From IMG/VR virus record IMGVR_UViG_3300014720_002669: DNA of 64,000 nucleotides, one strand, 5' to 3'. Positions 1 through 8,957 of this stretch are shown here, piece after piece. The notes beneath the pieces are model-generated. The model had not been told where the DNA came from, did not search any database, and saw only the letters and a program-made list of their open reading frames with translations. Position numbers and translations under genes: made by a program. Source of the DNA: a virus. How positions within the stretch are numbered: the first letter of the stretch is position 1; each line of letters starts with the position of its first letter.

Positions 1-7
1 CGAATAA

Positions 8-15
8 TATAAATA
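8..15 (+). promoter_or_regulatory. T4-type late promoter TATAAATA
   Basis: Exact TATAAATA upstream of AAGGAG SD and ATG 47. Confidence 0.6.
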
Positions 16-46
16 TTCGTGTATCGATAAACTCAAGGAGAATCCA

Positions 47-742
47 ATGGATGCAAAACAATTTGTTAAAAAACTAGTCGGCGACAATCAAGCATTGTTC
101 CAGGCCAGTCAACACAACGTCAAAGAATACTTTGACAGCCGACCGCCTCAAGCGGAACTGGTAGAGCACTTTGTGGGCCGCATGGTCAACGAGCGCATGA
201 ACATGGTGGAAATCAGTCAAGCCATTGCTCAAATGCCTGCTGACACCCCAACAGAAGAACTTGAACTGTTGACTCGTCAAGCACAAGACGAAGCCCGTCA
301 CTTCCGCATGGTCAAAGAAGTCATTGAGCACATGACTGGTCAGCCGCTAGACGTAGCCGCTGCCATCGCTGCCGAAGCTGCCAAACCCACTGCCAAAGGT
401 GCTGGCTTGTTGGCCAAGTATGGCGCAGAAAATGATGCTGTTGCCTTGGCAGCGTATCAGTTGGTTGCCGAAGGTCGTGCAGAAGCAGTATGGAACCAAA
501 TGGCTGACTGCATTGAAGACGAGTTCATTTCGACTTCATACGCCAAGATTGCTCGCGACGAAGGCTTCCACGCCAACATCGGCGGTTGGAAATTGGAAAA
601 ATTGGCACAAGACGAAGCCACACAACAACGTGTTGAAGCCCTGGTAATCAAAATGCGTCGAGACTTGTATGACATTTCATGCCGGAACACTGTGGCTGCT
701 GAAGCAGGCAAGCAACTAGTGGCAGACGCCTACGGTTGGTAA
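47..742 (+). CDS. Ferritin-like di-iron carboxylate protein
   Basis: Two E..ExxH pairs (NERMN/DEARH; AEG/DEGFH), all-helical; good SD. Confidence 0.75.
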   Translation: MDAKQFVKKLVGDNQALFQASQHNVKEYFDSRPPQAELVEHFVGRMVNERMNMVEISQAIAQMPADTPTEELELLTRQAQDEARHFRMVKEVIEHMTGQPLDVAAAIAAEAAKPTAKGAGLLAKYGAENDAVALAAYQLVAEGRAEAVWNQMADCIEDEFISTSYAKIARDEGFHANIGGWKLEKLAQDEATQQRVEALVIKMRRDLYDISCRNTVAAEAGKQLVADAYGW

Positions 743-1275
743 TGCGAATAGGACTCACACAACGAGTCCTGTTGCACCGAGATCGAGCGTATGATTCCCT
801 GGAGCACTCATGGTATGAGTATTTGCAGGGACATACGCTTGTTTCTATTCCAAACAGACTCCCACTATCATGCCCAGACTTAGACGCCTTGATCGTCACA
901 GGCGGAGACGATCATCCCATACGTAATCAAGTTGAGCACAAATTAATTGATATTATGTCAGCTCGCAATGTTCCAGTGATAGGCATTTGCCACGGATGTC
1001 AGTTACTGACACAACGACTAGGTGGTTATGTGACACCAGTGGATGATCACCAGGACTGTTATCACGAAGTTTTTTATCATGGTGAACCACACTTGGTCAA
1101 CAGTTATCATCGACTGCGCATAGAAACAGTACCCCCAGGGGCCACTGTGTTGGCCCGTGATCCAGATGGGTATGCGGAAGCATGGATATCAGGGCGCACA
1201 GCCGGCATCATGTGGCATCCTGAGCGCATGACACAACCTTGGATTCCCCAAGAAATACAACACCTATTATCTTGA
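742..1275 (+). CDS. Class I glutamine amidotransferase / peptidase C26-like
   Basis: TGG, GICHG nucleophile elbow, NSYH, WHPE triad; TAATG overlap with the upstream stop. Confidence 0.85.
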   Translation: MRIGLTQRVLLHRDRAYDSLEHSWYEYLQGHTLVSIPNRLPLSCPDLDALIVTGGDDHPIRNQVEHKLIDIMSARNVPVIGICHGCQLLTQRLGGYVTPVDDHQDCYHEVFYHGEPHLVNSYHRLRIETVPPGATVLARDPDGYAEAWISGRTAGIMWHPERMTQPWIPQEIQHLLS

Positions 1276-2270
1276 ATCAATTAATTTATTATCCCACTGG
1301 CAGTTACGGCACATTTGTACAATGGCTGTGTAACACAGTCAACATCTCTGGCGCAGAAGATCTACCATTTTATACTGATGGCAACAGCCACCGATATGTG
1401 CTGACTGACCAGTATCGATTGTTGATTTCAGAACAAGACGATCAAGAATTTATTTTCGCACCCAATCCCAATGTGGTTTCATGCATTTGGCCAGTGGAAC
1501 ACAATGGCCGAATGTTCAATGCCAACAACGAGTGTGATTTTTATTTCAAATTGAGTTGTGATCATTTGGCATATTTTGATCAAGCCAATGTAAAAATTTT
1601 AGTGATACACCCAACTGAAAACAGCAAAATATGGTGGTGGCACAACAACTGTAAAAAAGTGTTTTATACACCAGATATGTTTGATAAAAAAATTAAAAAT
1701 CGATACGCAGATCTGCCTTGGTTGACCACAACTGATCCTGTACAACGTGCTGGTGTGCAAATGAACTACTATCAAGATCGAGCTTGGTACAAAACACTGG
1801 CACAGAATTTTCAATGCGCAGACGCTGGTCAACTTACACAGGGACAGTTACGCACTGTGATGGCACATTCAATTGCCAATGAATCTTTTGACTATCTCAG
1901 TCATTGGCAGCAATTGCCAGCACAGTTTGCCAACATAAAATTTGTATCCTTGGATCAACTGCGTGACCACACAAAACATACCATACAAAGCATACTCGAA
2001 TATTTCAATGTAGAATCCAATTTGCCCTTGGATTTTGTACTAGATCACTGGACACCGTTGCAGACAACTCGCAACAGAGATGCAGAACACAGCAAAATCG
2101 TAAACTGCATAGTTAATGATCAACCGTGTGACTGGAGTGATTTGCATTTTGATTTGTTTGATGAAGTTTACTTGTGCTACGCATTGACATTTCAACACAA
2201 TATTACGTTAAACGCAGACAGCATAGATTGTTTGCCAACCAACACACATGACCTATTGCTACTTTGCTAA
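1239..2270 (+). CDS. Hypothetical protein (possible P-loop/sulfotransferase-like fold); start uncertain
   Basis: 343-aa ORF; YYPTGSYGTF near the N-terminus; AT-richer. Confidence 0.5.
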   Translation: MDSPRNTTPIILNQLIYYPTGSYGTFVQWLCNTVNISGAEDLPFYTDGNSHRYVLTDQYRLLISEQDDQEFIFAPNPNVVSCIWPVEHNGRMFNANNECDFYFKLSCDHLAYFDQANVKILVIHPTENSKIWWWHNNCKKVFYTPDMFDKKIKNRYADLPWLTTTDPVQRAGVQMNYYQDRAWYKTLAQNFQCADAGQLTQGQLRTVMAHSIANESFDYLSHWQQLPAQFANIKFVSLDQLRDHTKHTIQSILEYFNVESNLPLDFVLDHWTPLQTTRNRDAEHSKIVNCIVNDQPCDWSDLHFDLFDEVYLCYALTFQHNITLNADSIDCLPTNTHDLLLLC

Positions 2271-2278
2271 ATATCAAT

Positions 2279-2737
2279 ATGTGGCTTTTACACTTCTTAC
2301 CTGACGCACTCATACTCTGGATCTGCAACATTGTATTGCTGGCAGGCGTGTTGCTGACTGTCACAGCATTTTTCATCAAGCGCATTCCTGTGATAAACCA
2401 GTACCGGACGCCTGCACAAGTCCTGGGCATCGCACTGCTGGTCATGGGCGTGTACTGGCGTGGCGGTTATGCTGTGGAACAGGAATGGCGTGAACGTGTG
2501 GCTGAAATGGAAGCCCGTGTAGCGGCTGCTGAAGCCAAAAGCGCAGAAGAAAATGTCAAAATTGTCACCAAGGTTGTGACAAAAACACAGGTAATTCGAA
2601 CACGTGGCGAAACTATAACCAAGTACATTGACCGTGAAATAATCCGGTACGATGAAAAGTTTGCGCCTGGTGGTCAATGTGAAATACCACAGGAATTTAT
2701 TAAGGCGCACAACAGCGCAGCAGAGGCACCCAAATGA
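2279..2737 (+). CDS. Putative i-spanin (Rz-like)
   Basis: N-terminal TM helices, then coiled coil, VTKVVTKTQVI and a C-terminal C..P.EF..AHN; in the lysis module. Confidence 0.6.
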   Translation: MWLLHFLPDALILWICNIVLLAGVLLTVTAFFIKRIPVINQYRTPAQVLGIALLVMGVYWRGGYAVEQEWRERVAEMEARVAAAEAKSAEENVKIVTKVVTKTQVIRTRGETITKYIDREIIRYDEKFAPGGQCEIPQEFIKAHNSAAEAPK

Positions 2738-3837
2738 AAGTAAATGAAATTATATTAGAATCAGTGACTCATATGAGACCAGTCAATGAACTGGCACCCA
2801 GTCCAGGTGGTGCCGGTCCCAGCGACTATTTTCGTGTGTTAGCATCGGCCTGGTACAATCATGACATCAGTCAACTGGCTGACATTGCCAGAAAAGGTGG
2901 ATCACCCATGAAGAAAATCATGGACGCACAAGTGGCCGTGGAAAAAATGCTGCAACGTGGTGTGATTGGCAGCGACGGCAAAACACGCAAGTATGATATC
3001 TCATACAACTCGGACTTTGATGGTGTAGTGATTTCGAGTGCCGACTACTACGAGCACAGTGACTATGACGCTGCCGGCAATGAAGTTGACAGTCGCTCAG
3101 GACGTCCCTGGGGACCAAATGATTACATGGAGTTTGATGGCGACGAACTGGACGAAGGCATGTATGAAAACACAGAACTTGTGGCGGAATTTGATCTCAT
3201 TGAGAGTATCATAAACCGGCTGGCTGCTCACAACGGTGTCGAGGCTGAAGTGATCTGGGAGGATCTTGAAAGCCTCACCGAAGATGAACTGTATGCATTT
3301 GCTGTGACTTCAGAACCCATCATGGAAGGCAAAGGCGTGACAGAAGCATTTGGTTTATACGGTCCATTTACTGTGACCATCAACACCGGTGAGCGTCCGC
3401 AATCAAGAACCAAAACCAAAAAGTTCCGTAGGGAAGATGATGCCATACTGTATGCTGAAGATTGGTTGGAAGATGCTCCACAATATGTGTTCGCAACAGC
3501 CAAAGTCACTGACCCAGAAGGCAACGTTGTTTGGACCACGAATGAAAGTTTAGAAGAACAAGGTGTGGCGGAAGACTGGCAAAAGGCCAACAAACGTGAC
3601 CGTACCGCAGGCATGAGTCAAAAGGCTGTGAATGCCTATCGCAGAGAGAATCCTGGTTCAAAATTGAAAACTGCTGTGACCACCAAGCCTTCAAAACTCA
3701 AGCGTGGGTCAAAGGCCAGCAAACGCCGAAAGAGTTATTGCAGTCGCAGTCGCGGACAGATGAAAATGCACAGCATCAGTTGCGCCAAAACTCCTGACAA
3801 GGCCATTTGCAAAGCACGTAGACGTTGGAACTGCTGA
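2734..3837 (+). CDS. Modular putative capsid-internal protein
   Basis: MKVNEIILE N-terminus; modules bounded by VNE, LDE, IME/GVTE, QGVAE; basic Cys-rich C-terminal module. Confidence 0.6.
   Translation: MKVNEIILESVTHMRPVNELAPSPGGAGPSDYFRVLASAWYNHDISQLADIARKGGSPMKKIMDAQVAVEKMLQRGVIGSDGKTRKYDISYNSDFDGVVISSADYYEHSDYDAAGNEVDSRSGRPWGPNDYMEFDGDELDEGMYENTELVAEFDLIESIINRLAAHNGVEAEVIWEDLESLTEDELYAFAVTSEPIMEGKGVTEAFGLYGPFTVTINTGERPQSRTKTKKFRREDDAILYAEDWLEDAPQYVFATAKVTDPEGNVVWTTNESLEEQGVAEDWQKANKRDRTAGMSQKAVNAYRRENPGSKLKTAVTTKPSKLKRGSKASKRRKSYCSRSRGQMKMHSISCAKTPDKAICKARRRWNC
3557..3574 (+). repeat. 18-bp AACAAGGTGTGGCGGAAG, copy 1
   Basis: Identical to 30003-30020. Confidence 0.85.
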
Positions 3838-4145
3838 TGAATTCGCAACACGACCGTCAACCCTTGGCCACCATGTTGTTTGTGGTGTGTATGATTTTGT
3901 TGGTATTCAGTTGTGTGGGCTGTTCAACTGTGGTGCCTGTCACACAACGGTTTCCTGACGCACCAGGCAACGTGGCCATGACAGCCTGTCCACAACTGCA
4001 AAAAGTTGCAGAAGATGCCCGGTTAAGTGACATCTCACGCACTGTGACAGTGAACTACGGCACCTACTATGAGTGTGCTGTGAAAACCGATGCTTGGATT
4101 GAATGGTATCAAAAACAACGACAAATATTTGAGTCAGTAAAATAA
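3837..4145 (+). CDS. Putative o-spanin lipoprotein (Rz1-like)
   Basis: Hydrophobic signal plus lipobox-like VGC-S, Pro-rich segment, two later Cys; next to the endolysin. Confidence 0.65.
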   Translation: MNSQHDRQPLATMLFVVCMILLVFSCVGCSTVVPVTQRFPDAPGNVAMTACPQLQKVAEDARLSDISRTVTVNYGTYYECAVKTDAWIEWYQKQRQIFESVK

Positions 4146-4158
4146 CAAAGGAGCCTGA

Positions 4159-4776
4159 ATGGAACTTACACTACAACAATTAAAACAAATGGTGCCGGGC
4201 ATACCCCATGCTGAAAACTGGCTGGAAGCCTTGGATCAGTTACTGCCAGACTACGAAATCAACACACCTCGTCGTGTCGCTGCTTTCATAGCACAGTGCG
4301 CACACGAGTCCGGTGGGTTCCGTTTCATCAAAGAAAACTTGAACTACAAAGCAGAGAGTTTGAGAAAAGTATTTCCCAAGTATTTTCCCACAGACGAACT
4401 GGCTCGAGCCTATGCCAAGAAGCCTGAAATGATTGCCAACCGAGTGTATGCGTCACGCATGGGCAATGGTGACGAACACTCAGGTGATGGCTATCGTTAT
4501 TGCGGACGTGGCTTGATACAACTCACCGGCAAAAGCAACTATGAAAACTTTGCTGCCAGCCTGGAAATCTCACCCGAAGAAGCAGCCGAATACCTGGGCA
4601 CATTTGAAGGTGCTGCACAATCAGCCTGCTGGTTCTGGGAAAGCAACAACTTGAATGTGGAAGCCGACGCTGGAGACATCAAGAAAATGACCCGGAAAAT
4701 AAATGGCGGATACATTGGATTAGCCGATAGGGAGTCTCATTATCATCATGCCCTAGAAATATTAGGAATACGATGA
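4159..4776 (+). CDS. Glycoside hydrolase family 19 endolysin
   Basis: FIAQCAHESGGF, ENLNY, YCGRGLIQLTGKSNY, INGG motifs. Confidence 0.92.
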   Translation: MELTLQQLKQMVPGIPHAENWLEALDQLLPDYEINTPRRVAAFIAQCAHESGGFRFIKENLNYKAESLRKVFPKYFPTDELARAYAKKPEMIANRVYASRMGNGDEHSGDGYRYCGRGLIQLTGKSNYENFAASLEISPEEAAEYLGTFEGAAQSACWFWESNNLNVEADAGDIKKMTRKINGGYIGLADRESHYHHALEILGIR

Positions 4777-5378
4777 ACTATTTGGAATGTTATAATAATC
4801 TTGTAGAATCAAGACAACAACTACACCGTTCAAAAGGTCAAGGTGTTTATTTTGAAAAACATCATATTGTCCCACGTTGGCTTGGTGGCAAGGATACAAA
4901 AGATAATTTAGTGCTGTTTACAGCAAAAGAACATTATATTGCACATCTTTTATTATGGAAACATTACAGAGATAGACCGAGTGCTTTAGCATTTCATAAG
5001 ATGACTAGAAGCAATAATAAAAACCAACAAAGAAAGTTTACTTCGTTACAATTTAGAAAAGCCAGAGAGGCATTTGTTCAAACGCAACTTGGAGAACTAA
5101 ATTGGTCTAGTAAAAATTTATCACCTTTAAAAGGTAAACCTAGTATAAACAAAGGTAAAAAATTAGGCAAACGAGATTGGATGACTGGCGATAATAATCC
5201 TAGTCGCCGACAATCAGTAAGGGAAACAATTAGTGCAGCGTTAAAAGGACGTAAACGGTCTGATGAACATAACAAAAATTTACAAGCAGCACTCACGCCT
5301 GAAATTAAAAAATTAAGGTCTCAAAAAATTTGGGAGACACGAAGACGAAATCAATTATTAAAATTACAAGGAGCATAA
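4773..5378 (+). CDS. Free-standing HNH homing endonuclease with NUMOD3-like basic tail
   Basis: EKHHIVPRWLGG..DNLVLFTAKEHYIAH; ISAALKGRKRS; markedly AT-rich. Confidence 0.88.
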   Translation: MNYLECYNNLVESRQQLHRSKGQGVYFEKHHIVPRWLGGKDTKDNLVLFTAKEHYIAHLLLWKHYRDRPSALAFHKMTRSNNKNQQRKFTSLQFRKAREAFVQTQLGELNWSSKNLSPLKGKPSINKGKKLGKRDWMTGDNNPSRRQSVRETISAALKGRKRSDEHNKNLQAALTPEIKKLRSQKIWETRRRNQLLKLQGA

Positions 5379-5379
5379 C

Positions 5380-5916
5380 ATGGCCGAAGAAACAAAACCC
5401 CTTTCACGTTCAGAACGTGAAGCAGCAATCAAAGACAAAGCCGGCTTGGTGATTGTGATCATGGCCCTGTTCATGGCTGTGACCACATACTTCTCCAGCA
5501 GTTATTCTGGTGCTGTGCTCAAAAACATGCTCAAGGCCACAGACACCTATGCGTTCTATCAAAGCAAAAGCATCAAGCAAAGCATCTCTGAAGGTCAACT
5601 GGAAGAAACCCGTGACCCACAGCGCAGAGCAGAACTTGAAGCCAAGATTGCACGTTATGAATCAGACCCAGTGAAGGCGGAAGGCAAGCGCGAACTGTTG
5701 CAAAAAGCACAGGCCTACGAAGCCGCACGTGATGAGGCCAGCCGGCACACACCATGGTTGACCTTTGCATCATTGTCATTTCAATTGGCCATTGTGTTGT
5801 TGAGTGCCAGCATTTTGAGTGTGAACAACACCATGTATCGTATCAGCGAAGTGGTGGCTGTGATTGGCACAGTGTTGTTGAGCCAGGGTATCTGGCTGTG
5901 GATACCATTTGTCTAA
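5380..5916 (+). CDS. Membrane protein, DUF4337-like
   Basis: TM helix, FYQSKSIKQ, coiled coil, two C-terminal TM helices. Confidence 0.6.
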   Translation: MAEETKPLSRSEREAAIKDKAGLVIVIMALFMAVTTYFSSSYSGAVLKNMLKATDTYAFYQSKSIKQSISEGQLEETRDPQRRAELEAKIARYESDPVKAEGKRELLQKAQAYEAARDEASRHTPWLTFASLSFQLAIVLLSASILSVNNTMYRISEVVAVIGTVLLSQGIWLWIPFV

Positions 5917-5990
5917 CACCCACTAAAACTCAAGTGTAGCTCCGTTAAATACTCCGAGCCCCCAGCGTAGGGGCATGAGTGATAACAACA

Positions 5991-6809
5991 ATGGATCCGC
6001 TAACACTATTTGCATTAGCCAACGGTGCAGTTCAGGCTGTGAAAAAAGGATGTCAACTGTACAAAGACATCAAAGGTGCCGCGGGCGATGTAAAAGGCGT
6101 ACTTCGAGATCTTGACAATCAGTTTCACAAAAAATACGATGGTAAACCCGTTCCTGATGGTGCAGTCAAACAACTCAACGAAGAAAAAGCTCGGGTCCGA
6201 GACCTAAACAAACGCAGTGAAGAAAGCACCAATATCTACACAGAGATTGGTGATAATCTAGGACAGTATTACGACAACTACTTCAAATGTCTGGCAGTGC
6301 TGGAAGATGAAGAAAAACGTAGCAAAACTGAAGTTTACACTGGCGGTGACAGCCTGGCCAAACGCGCCTTAAAACGTGTGCTGATGAAAAAGCAACTGGA
6401 ACAAATGGGCACAGAACTGAGAGAACTCATGATCTATCAAAGCCCACCTGAACTAGGCGCCTTGTTCACTGAAGTGGAAAGCATGACCAAGGAACTGGGC
6501 AAAGAGCAAAAAGTGCTGATGGCTCAAGAATTGGCCAAGGCACGCCGCCGGCGCCAACGCATGCAGAGATATCAGTTTGAAATTGCCTTGGGCGTGGCAG
6601 CTCTCATTGCTATAATCATCATGGCAGGATTCTTCATGTGGGTGGCACATGATGCACAACGGCGTTGGGGCAATCCCACTGAATTCAGAGACACCTTGGC
6701 CGCAGTGCAAAAACAAGAGTGGTTTGAACGTCAACAACGATTGCAGGAATACCAAGAGTTCCTAGAAGACAAGCGGCGACGGGCTGAGCAAAATGAATCC
6801 AGTAACTAA
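5991..6809 (+). CDS. Coiled-coil membrane-anchored hypothetical protein
   Basis: MDPLTL start, helical body, one TM near the C-terminus. Confidence 0.6.
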   Translation: MDPLTLFALANGAVQAVKKGCQLYKDIKGAAGDVKGVLRDLDNQFHKKYDGKPVPDGAVKQLNEEKARVRDLNKRSEESTNIYTEIGDNLGQYYDNYFKCLAVLEDEEKRSKTEVYTGGDSLAKRALKRVLMKKQLEQMGTELRELMIYQSPPELGALFTEVESMTKELGKEQKVLMAQELAKARRRRQRMQRYQFEIALGVAALIAIIIMAGFFMWVAHDAQRRWGNPTEFRDTLAAVQKQEWFERQQRLQEYQEFLEDKRRRAEQNESSN

Positions 6810-7128
6810 AACCCTGTTGTTGATCTTGGGCACAATTCTTGCTGTGTTTGCCGTACCTGCCGTGCTGATCATATTTCATGCATACTTGAATGCGTTTTTT
6901 GCTGTTGTGCTGGTGCTGAGTTGCTTTGTGCTGTTTGCCTATTACACATACCAAGAGTTCTTGCCAGAGTTTCAGCAGGCACAATTGGAAGAAGAGCAAG
7001 TCATGGCTCGCTTTGCAGGAGACCCTGAAAAGATACGTTTTTACCGGGGGTTTAAGAAACACTTTGATGGAGATTTGAATCTAAAACAACTAGAGCAGTG
7101 GTTGATCGACCATCCTGTAAAACATTAA
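6793..7128 (+). CDS. Two-TM membrane protein
   Basis: Two hydrophobic helices, then a soluble tail. Confidence 0.6.
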   Translation: MNPVTKTLLLILGTILAVFAVPAVLIIFHAYLNAFFAVVLVLSCFVLFAYYTYQEFLPEFQQAQLEEEQVMARFAGDPEKIRFYRGFKKHFDGDLNLKQLEQWLIDHPVKH

Positions 7129-7268
7129 CGACGAGTGATAAACCACACAGCACTCAACACTATGGCACCTGCAACTAAAAATATGCTGAACACTGACACA
7201 AGAAATCGCCAAGGACTTTTTATCTTGACAAGATATTCATACAGTTGATCGGATGCAGACTTGGCCAT
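7125..7268 (-). CDS. Small single-TM protein (47 aa), not in the ORF track
   Basis: MAKSASDQLYEYLVKIKSPWRFLVSVFSIFLVAGAIVLSAVWFITRR; TTAAATA 5 nt upstream on the minus strand; fills the intergenic gap. Confidence 0.6.
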   Translation of the reverse strand: MAKSASDQLYEYLVKIKSPWRFLVSVFSIFLVAGAIVLSAVWFITRR

Positions 7269-7353
7269 GTTAGTATTTAAATGCCGGGTGTCTAAATATT
7301 ACACAGCAGTTATCTCTGCTCAAAAACCATAAATATTGTCAAAGGAGCCTGAC

Positions 7354-7821
7354 ATGTCAGAAGAACAAAAACCAGAAAAGAAAGACGAAGATTGGATGCA
7401 GAAGAAATGGCGCCCGGCCATGGGATGGATGTACATGGGTATCTGTACCCTGGACATGGCAGTGTTTCCGGTGCTGTGGTCCGTGTTGCAGATGTTTCAA
7501 AACACCACAATAACACAATGGAGTCCACTCACACTGCAAGGTGCTGGACTGTTCCATATTGCCATGGGCGCTGTGCTGGGTATTGCAGCATTTGGACGCA
7601 CACAAGAAAAACTGGCTGGCACCGCCGTCAACGCACCAGCAGCATCAGGCACGCCATTGCCCACACCGGTAGTGGCCAACAGTTTTGGTTCGGCACCACT
7701 GGGCAGCAACACCATGAGCGCCAGAATTGAACCTACATTTGCACCTGCAGCACCCGCAGCGGTGACCACAGGCTTTGGCGGTAAAAAAGCACCACCCGAA
7801 CCTGACTATCCAGAAATCTAA
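7354..7821 (+). CDS. Holin-like protein (3TM/GTA-type family resemblance)
   Basis: KWRPAMGWMY, TM segments, GAVLGIAAFGRTQEK; AAGGAG SD; late promoter upstream. Confidence 0.7.
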   Translation: MSEEQKPEKKDEDWMQKKWRPAMGWMYMGICTLDMAVFPVLWSVLQMFQNTTITQWSPLTLQGAGLFHIAMGAVLGIAAFGRTQEKLAGTAVNAPAASGTPLPTPVVANSFGSAPLGSNTMSARIEPTFAPAAPAAVTTGFGGKKAPPEPDYPEI

Positions 7822-7832
7822 AAGGAATTATC

Positions 7833-8060
7833 ATGAAAAATCTACTTTACTCATTTACCCCTATCCTAGTAGGCCTCAGCCTGTTATTATTTGCAAACCT
7901 TGGGCATGCAGCCGCTGAAATCAAAGAAGTATGCAAGGACCGAAAAGACAAAGCCGGCAAAGTTGTTGTAGACAAAAAAACCAACAAACCAGTACAAGAA
8001 TGTAAAAAAATCAAAGTCCACAAAAAACTAGAAGGCACCCGAGTACCTGAAAAGAAATAA
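7833..8060 (+). CDS. Small secreted basic protein with a Cys pair
   Basis: Signal peptide ending GHA-A; Lys-rich. Confidence 0.6.
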   Translation: MKNLLYSFTPILVGLSLLLFANLGHAAAEIKEVCKDRKDKAGKVVVDKKTNKPVQECKKIKVHKKLEGTRVPEKK

Positions 8061-8089
8061 TTGACAAGCACCACAGGGTCCTGTATAAT
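8061..8089 (+). promoter_or_regulatory. Consensus sigma70 promoter
   Basis: TTGACA-17 nt-TATAAT. Confidence 0.85.
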
Positions 8090-8109
8090 TAATCATACAG
8101 GACCTTTTT
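8077..8109 (+). terminator. Rho-independent terminator overlapping the promoter -10
   Basis: GGTCCTGTAT/ATACAGGACC 10-bp stem followed by TTTTT. Confidence 0.7.
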
Positions 8110-8110
8110 C

Positions 8111-8899
8111 ATGACTGACTACTATGCTGCACTAGGTGTACCAAAAACTGCCACTGCTGACGAAATCAAACTGGCTTTTCGTCGGCTGGCCGGTACGCAT
8201 CATCCAGACCGAGGTGGCGATACCAAAAAATTTCAAACCATTCAACAAGCCTATGCCACGCTGGGCGACGAACAAAAACGAACAGAGTACGACAACCCCA
8301 GACCACAGTTTTCAGGCTTCTCAGGATTTCACGGTCACCCCGGCGGTGTCAACATCAATGAAATATTTGGCCAAATGTTTGGCCATGGATTTGCACAGCA
8401 AGCTCGACGAAATCATGTGCGTATGACTCTGTGGATTTCGTTGTTGGACGTGGCCACAGGCGGCCGACGCACTGTGAGCCTGGGCACTCAGCAAGGAACC
8501 AGCACAGTGGAAATAGATGTGCCGCAAGGTATCATGGACGGTGACAATGTTCAATACGAAGGCATTGGTCCCGGTGGTGCCGATCTTGTGATCCAATTTC
8601 GAGTGCATCCAAACTCACAGTGGCAACGTCAAGACCTCAATCTCATAACTGAACGAACCATAGGCTTATGGGATTTGATACTGGGTGCCGATCTAGAAAT
8701 GCATACCATAACTGGTCGCACACTGACTGCCAAAATTCCGCCCAAGACACAACCGGGAACCAGTTTGCGACTCAAAGGCCAGGGCCTGACCAATCGCAAT
8801 GGTCAAGTTGGTGATATCTTTGTTCGTATACAAGTTCAAATTCCCGATGCGATTGCACCAGAAATCATCACTGCTATACAAAATAGCCAAAATAAATAA
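8111..8899 (+). CDS. dnaJ: DnaJ/CbpA-type co-chaperone
   Basis: DYYAALGV J-domain with HPD, G/F region, C-terminal LRLKGQG; no zinc finger. Confidence 0.9.
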   Translation: MTDYYAALGVPKTATADEIKLAFRRLAGTHHPDRGGDTKKFQTIQQAYATLGDEQKRTEYDNPRPQFSGFSGFHGHPGGVNINEIFGQMFGHGFAQQARRNHVRMTLWISLLDVATGGRRTVSLGTQQGTSTVEIDVPQGIMDGDNVQYEGIGPGGADLVIQFRVHPNSQWQRQDLNLITERTIGLWDLILGADLEMHTITGRTLTAKIPPKTQPGTSLRLKGQGLTNRNGQVGDIFVRIQVQIPDAIAPEIITAIQNSQNK

Positions 8900-8905
8900 T
8901 CCAGG

Positions 8906-8934
8906 TTGCTCTGTTTTGTAGATAGCTGTATACT
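8906..8934 (+). promoter_or_regulatory. Probable sigma70 promoter
   Basis: TTGCTC-17 nt-TATACT with TG extension. Confidence 0.5.
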
Positions 8935-8957
8935 AAACATCACACGCAAGGACGTAA

